Positions 26,035-28,458 of a stretch of DNA of 28,458 bases are shown here, piece by piece. The DNA comes from a virus (lineage: Duplodnaviria; Caudoviricetes). The notes under the pieces are model-generated. The model searched no databases. It had not been told where the DNA came from and worked only from the letters and a program-made list of their open reading frames with translations. Within the stretch, counting starts at the first letter, position 1, and every line of letters starts with the position of its first letter. The translations under genes were made by a program, and so were the position numbers. Location of the stretch: positions 1 to 28,458 of IMG/VR virus record IMGVR_UViG_3300032335_000862; one strand, written 5' to 3'.

Positions 26035-26513
26035 CAGCAGATCTGGATTGGATTCGGCTTGTCAAACCACGCTCTTCCTGCTGGGTCGATGATCATTTCG
26101 ACAACAGCGTTGGTTGGATAAGCAAGCCTGGTTGGGATTGATGGGATGATGTTGCCACCGTCGTTTGCAATGGTGGTTTCATACGAGTTCCACGCTACGC
26201 CGCTTCGCGTGGAGTTTCTTCCGTTGGACACGGTGTTCCATGTTCCTCCGGTTGCAGCGCGCTCCACTTCTTCCCATGTGTATGTCCACCAGTCCTTGCC
26301 TCCGACAGGAGCCTGCGAAGACGACCCGGTGATTTTTGCTGCAAAGACCTGAGGAACAAGTCGGTCTTCGGCGCGGTCTGCTGTAGTCGATGTGCGCGAA
26401 GCTCCGCCGACAATGCGGTCGATTTCAGAAAGACGATCTTCCAGTTCTCGCCACGCATCCCCCTGCCTCCTTGCGGCGGGTCCGGGAAGGAGTTGTAGGA
26501 GTTGCTGAGGCAT
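26034..26513 (-). CDS. Probable tail-tip / baseplate-associated protein (159 aa)
   Basis: TGATG overlaps on both sides. N-terminal helix, then OB-fold-like strands (FAAKITG..YTWEEVE..AWNSYE..AVVEM). Confidence 0.55.
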   Translation of the reverse strand: MPQQLLQLLPGPAARRQGDAWRELEDRLSEIDRIVGGASRTSTTADRAEDRLVPQVFAAKITGSSSQAPVGGKDWWTYTWEEVERAATGGTWNTVSNGRNSTRSGVAWNSYETTIANDGGNIIPSIPTRLAYPTNAVVEMIIDPAGRAWFDKPNPIQIC

Positions 26514-27301
26514 CAGAATGTCGTAGTTTCAGAAACCAGGTAGTTGCTTATGGTCTTCCACTTGCCGTTTCCGCTGTCGAGCGTCTGATCCCATACGACC
26601 TGCTGTCGGTAGTGACCAAACGGATCGTATGTGAGCACCACGGAGTTGAACCAAGGGTACTGACCGATGTCGTTCTTTGCGTTCTGGAAGCCTTCGTACT
26701 TCAGGGTGTTCGCCGCAAACACTCCGCCGATCTCGCCAATGGCAAAGACATTCGAGTTGACCTTTCCCGTCTTTGCGAGTTCAGCATCGTTGACCGAAAG
26801 GAATGGAGTCGTGTACTCCAGTTCTATCTTCATCATCGGGCGCTGGATCTTGTACGGGCGCGGATACAACTCCGGGCTTTGCAGGTTTCCTGGTCGCAAC
26901 TGGATCGAGAACCAGTCAGCGGTGGCAGGGTCAGAGTTGTGCCGATATCCATTCGTGAAACTTGCCGAGTTGATCAGGTACGCATCGACATACTCAATGG
27001 TGCTCTGAATGCGAACTCGTCGCTGTGTCTGATTGCGTCGCTGCGCGCGTTGGTTTCGTCCGTACAGCAGGGTGACGATGTACTTGCCGTTTCCCCATCG
27101 CGTCGATTCGGCGGACACGAGCGGAATGTTGAGGATTCCGCTGTACAGCGTCTGTCCTACGGCAAGTACGGCAGCATCGATTGCATCCTTTTGAGCGGTG
27201 CAATCGGTCACAAGGCATCTGATCGTCGCACGGTCAGCCGTCTCCGACTCGTATCCGATGGAGATCGATGTCCCAGGGATGTGAGTCTTCACGGTTGCCA
27301 T
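26513..27301 (-). CDS. Probable tail hub / distal-tail-like protein (262 aa)
   Basis: Beta-rich, TGKVNSNVF..NTLKYEG..LTYDPFGH pattern. Positioned after the tube-like and tape-measure-like genes. Confidence 0.5.
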   Translation of the reverse strand: MATVKTHIPGTSISIGYESETADRATIRCLVTDCTAQKDAIDAAVLAVGQTLYSGILNIPLVSAESTRWGNGKYIVTLLYGRNQRAQRRNQTQRRVRIQSTIEYVDAYLINSASFTNGYRHNSDPATADWFSIQLRPGNLQSPELYPRPYKIQRPMMKIELEYTTPFLSVNDAELAKTGKVNSNVFAIGEIGGVFAANTLKYEGFQNAKNDIGQYPWFNSVVLTYDPFGHYRQQVVWDQTLDSGNGKWKTISNYLVSETTTF

Positions 27302-27304
27302 GTG

Positions 27305-27604
27305 TCAGGTCAGTTCTCGGATGTTCTGATTGAGGGTGCGCAACTCGGCAAGAATCGCCTCAAGCAACTGCGTGTTTGCGTCTAGGCCGAGATCGCCGAA
27401 CGAGAAATCCTGACCGGCGGCATCGGTGGAGGCTTCCGATGCCGCCGGCTGTGGAGGAGGATTCTGTTGGAACTGAAGGAGACTTGGAGATTCCTGGGTG
27501 GCTTGCTGCGGCTGCTGCCGCATTCCAAGTTGCTCAAGAAGACTCGGGTTCTCCGCGTAGGCGCGCATGTCGCCAAGGGATGGATCAGAGTTGAATCCGC
27601 TCAT
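27305..27604 (-). CDS. Small Gln/Pro-rich protein, possible miniature tape-measure protein (99 aa)
   Basis: Fills the gap between neighbours with 3-nt spacers. Disordered body and C-terminal amphipathic helix TQLLEAILAELRTLNQNI. Confidence 0.55.
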   Translation of the reverse strand: MSGFNSDPSLGDMRAYAENPSLLEQLGMRQQPQQATQESPSLLQFQQNPPPQPAASEASTDAAGQDFSFGDLGLDANTQLLEAILAELRTLNQNIRELT

Positions 27605-27607
27605 CGA

Positions 27608-28096
27608 TCAGTATCCCGATGTGTCTTCGGTTGTGAGGCGCGAGGTGTCCGTGATGCGTCCGACAATGGTCATCTGCACGGTTGCGGCGGTGCGAACCCA
27701 TCGGATCTTCGTCTGCTCGACAATCATCGAACCCTTGAAGTAGATGTTGTTGGCGAGTTGGACGGACCATCGCATGCGGGCGAAGGTGTCATCCGTCGCA
27801 AACATGTTTCCGATTCCAGTGTACGAGGTGGTTCCACCAACAACACCCGGTCCCTTCGTGGAGATCAGAAGTCCCTGAAGGGCAATCTGTCCGCCAAGAA
27901 GTCCCGATCCTTCGGCGGTGTGAAACGAATCGGCAACCGCATCGGTTCCTCCGGTCGTGTCCTCCACGGTCTGCGTGTAGGTGATGTCGCAAGCCTGCAA
28001 CTTCAAGGCCATCGTGGCCGTGACGCTGTTGGACTTGATGACCTGAAGTACGGCTGTTCCCGCTGTTCCGGGTTTCGCCAGTGAAACGGTTGCCAT
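27608..28096 (-). CDS. Tail-tube-like protein (162 aa)
   Basis: GAGGTG SD. Thr/Gly-rich beta pattern with ITYTQTVEDTT..GLLGGQIALQG and FKGSMIVEQTKI..VQMTIVGRITD, as in tail tube folds. Confidence 0.55.
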   Translation of the reverse strand: MATVSLAKPGTAGTAVLQVIKSNSVTATMALKLQACDITYTQTVEDTTGGTDAVADSFHTAEGSGLLGGQIALQGLLISTKGPGVVGGTTSYTGIGNMFATDDTFARMRWSVQLANNIYFKGSMIVEQTKIRWVRTAATVQMTIVGRITDTSRLTTEDTSGY

Positions 28097-28104
28097 GAAT
28101 CACC

Positions 28105-28341
28105 TCAGGCGCTAGCGGTGAAGGACGACCAGGTTGCCGATGCGTTGGTTCCGCTGTTGATGTAGAGGCGGGTCGAGGAAGTGCTTGCAGCGACATTGAT
28201 CGCGATGCAGCCCTTCGCATAACCAGCAGCACTCGCGGTCGGAACGCCGTTGAACCACGCGAAGCACTTGCCCTGCGAGGTTCCGATGCTAGTGGGTCCA
28301 ACTGCGTCCGAGAGTTCAGAGATAAGATTGTGTGCCGACAT
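28105..28341 (-). CDS. Small virion fibre/decoration-like protein (78 aa)
   Basis: AGGAG-N6-ATG. GVPT..GYAKGCIAIN..RLYINSGT..ATW motif resembling short trimeric fibre modules. Confidence 0.65.
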   Translation of the reverse strand: MSAHNLISELSDAVGPTSIGTSQGKCFAWFNGVPTASAAGYAKGCIAINVAASTSSTRLYINSGTNASATWSSFTASA

Positions 28342-28350
28342 TGATTGCTC

Positions 28351-28458
28351 CTAGTAGATGGTGTTGTTGTAGGTGATCTGCGTTGAGAGCGGAGAGCGGC
28401 CCTGCGTGTACAGGGTATCACTCTTGTCAAGGTTTCTTCCGAGATACGCGGCTCCAGC
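28351..28458 (-). CDS. 3' end of a gene running off the window, possibly head-tail adaptor (..AGAAYLGRNLDKSDTLYTQGRSPLSTQITYNNTIY*)
   Basis: Open frame from the window edge to TAG at 28353-28351, directly before the SD of the 78-aa gene. Function by position only. Confidence 0.55.
   Translation of the reverse strand, partial: AGAAYLGRNLDKSDTLYTQGRSPLSTQITYNNTIY

Larger units (their letters stand above)
1..28458. mobile_element. Tailed dsDNA phage (or prophage) packaging, head, tail and internal-virion-protein region
   Basis: Terminase large subunit motifs, terL-portal-scaffold-capsid gene order, tightly overlapping start/stop codons (TGATG, GTGA, ATGA), no cellular housekeeping genes. Confidence 0.96.

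Noticed and set aside
1-28458. Alternative genetic code, CRISPR array, tRNA, diversity-generating retroelement, intein/intron
   Set aside because: All three stop codons end well-packed genes, and no spaced repeats, cloverleafs, reverse transcriptase, template/variable repeat pair or splicing motifs were seen by eye.

Overview
The whole window is the virion-morphogenesis region of a GC-rich tailed dsDNA phage (Caudoviricetes). The style of the tail proteins suggests a Planctomycetota-type host, but that is inference. A + strand head/packaging block (terS-like gene, two Lys-rich microproteins, terL, portal, small protein, scaffold, major capsid, probable decoration protein; 227-7707) converges on a perfect 30-bp palindrome (7730-7759). 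It meets there a - strand block: adaptor fragment, small fibre-like protein, tail-tube-like protein, very short tape-measure-like protein, hub/tip-like proteins, a 727-aa protein with about 67 Cys, a CxxC protein, a 954-aa Pro/Gln-rich protein, a 4200-aa multidomain protein and an unannotated 50-aa ribbon-helix-helix (RHH)-like gene. The most notable observations are: (i) the 4200-aa protein carries a zincin HExxH site, an HhH-GPD glycosylase-like domain and an HDxxGH domain bracketed by a repeated RVREPS motif; (ii) two +1-frame nested ORFs with the phage's own GGAG-N6-ATG start signal lie in the linker between the last two of these domains; (iii) the same palindrome CTGCCA-NN-TGGCAG lies at both ends of the 954-aa/4200-aa/RHH unit, suggesting an autoregulated ejected-protein cassette. 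No tRNA, rRNA, CRISPR array, integrase or lysis gene was recognised. All family calls are from visual motif recognition, not database searches.
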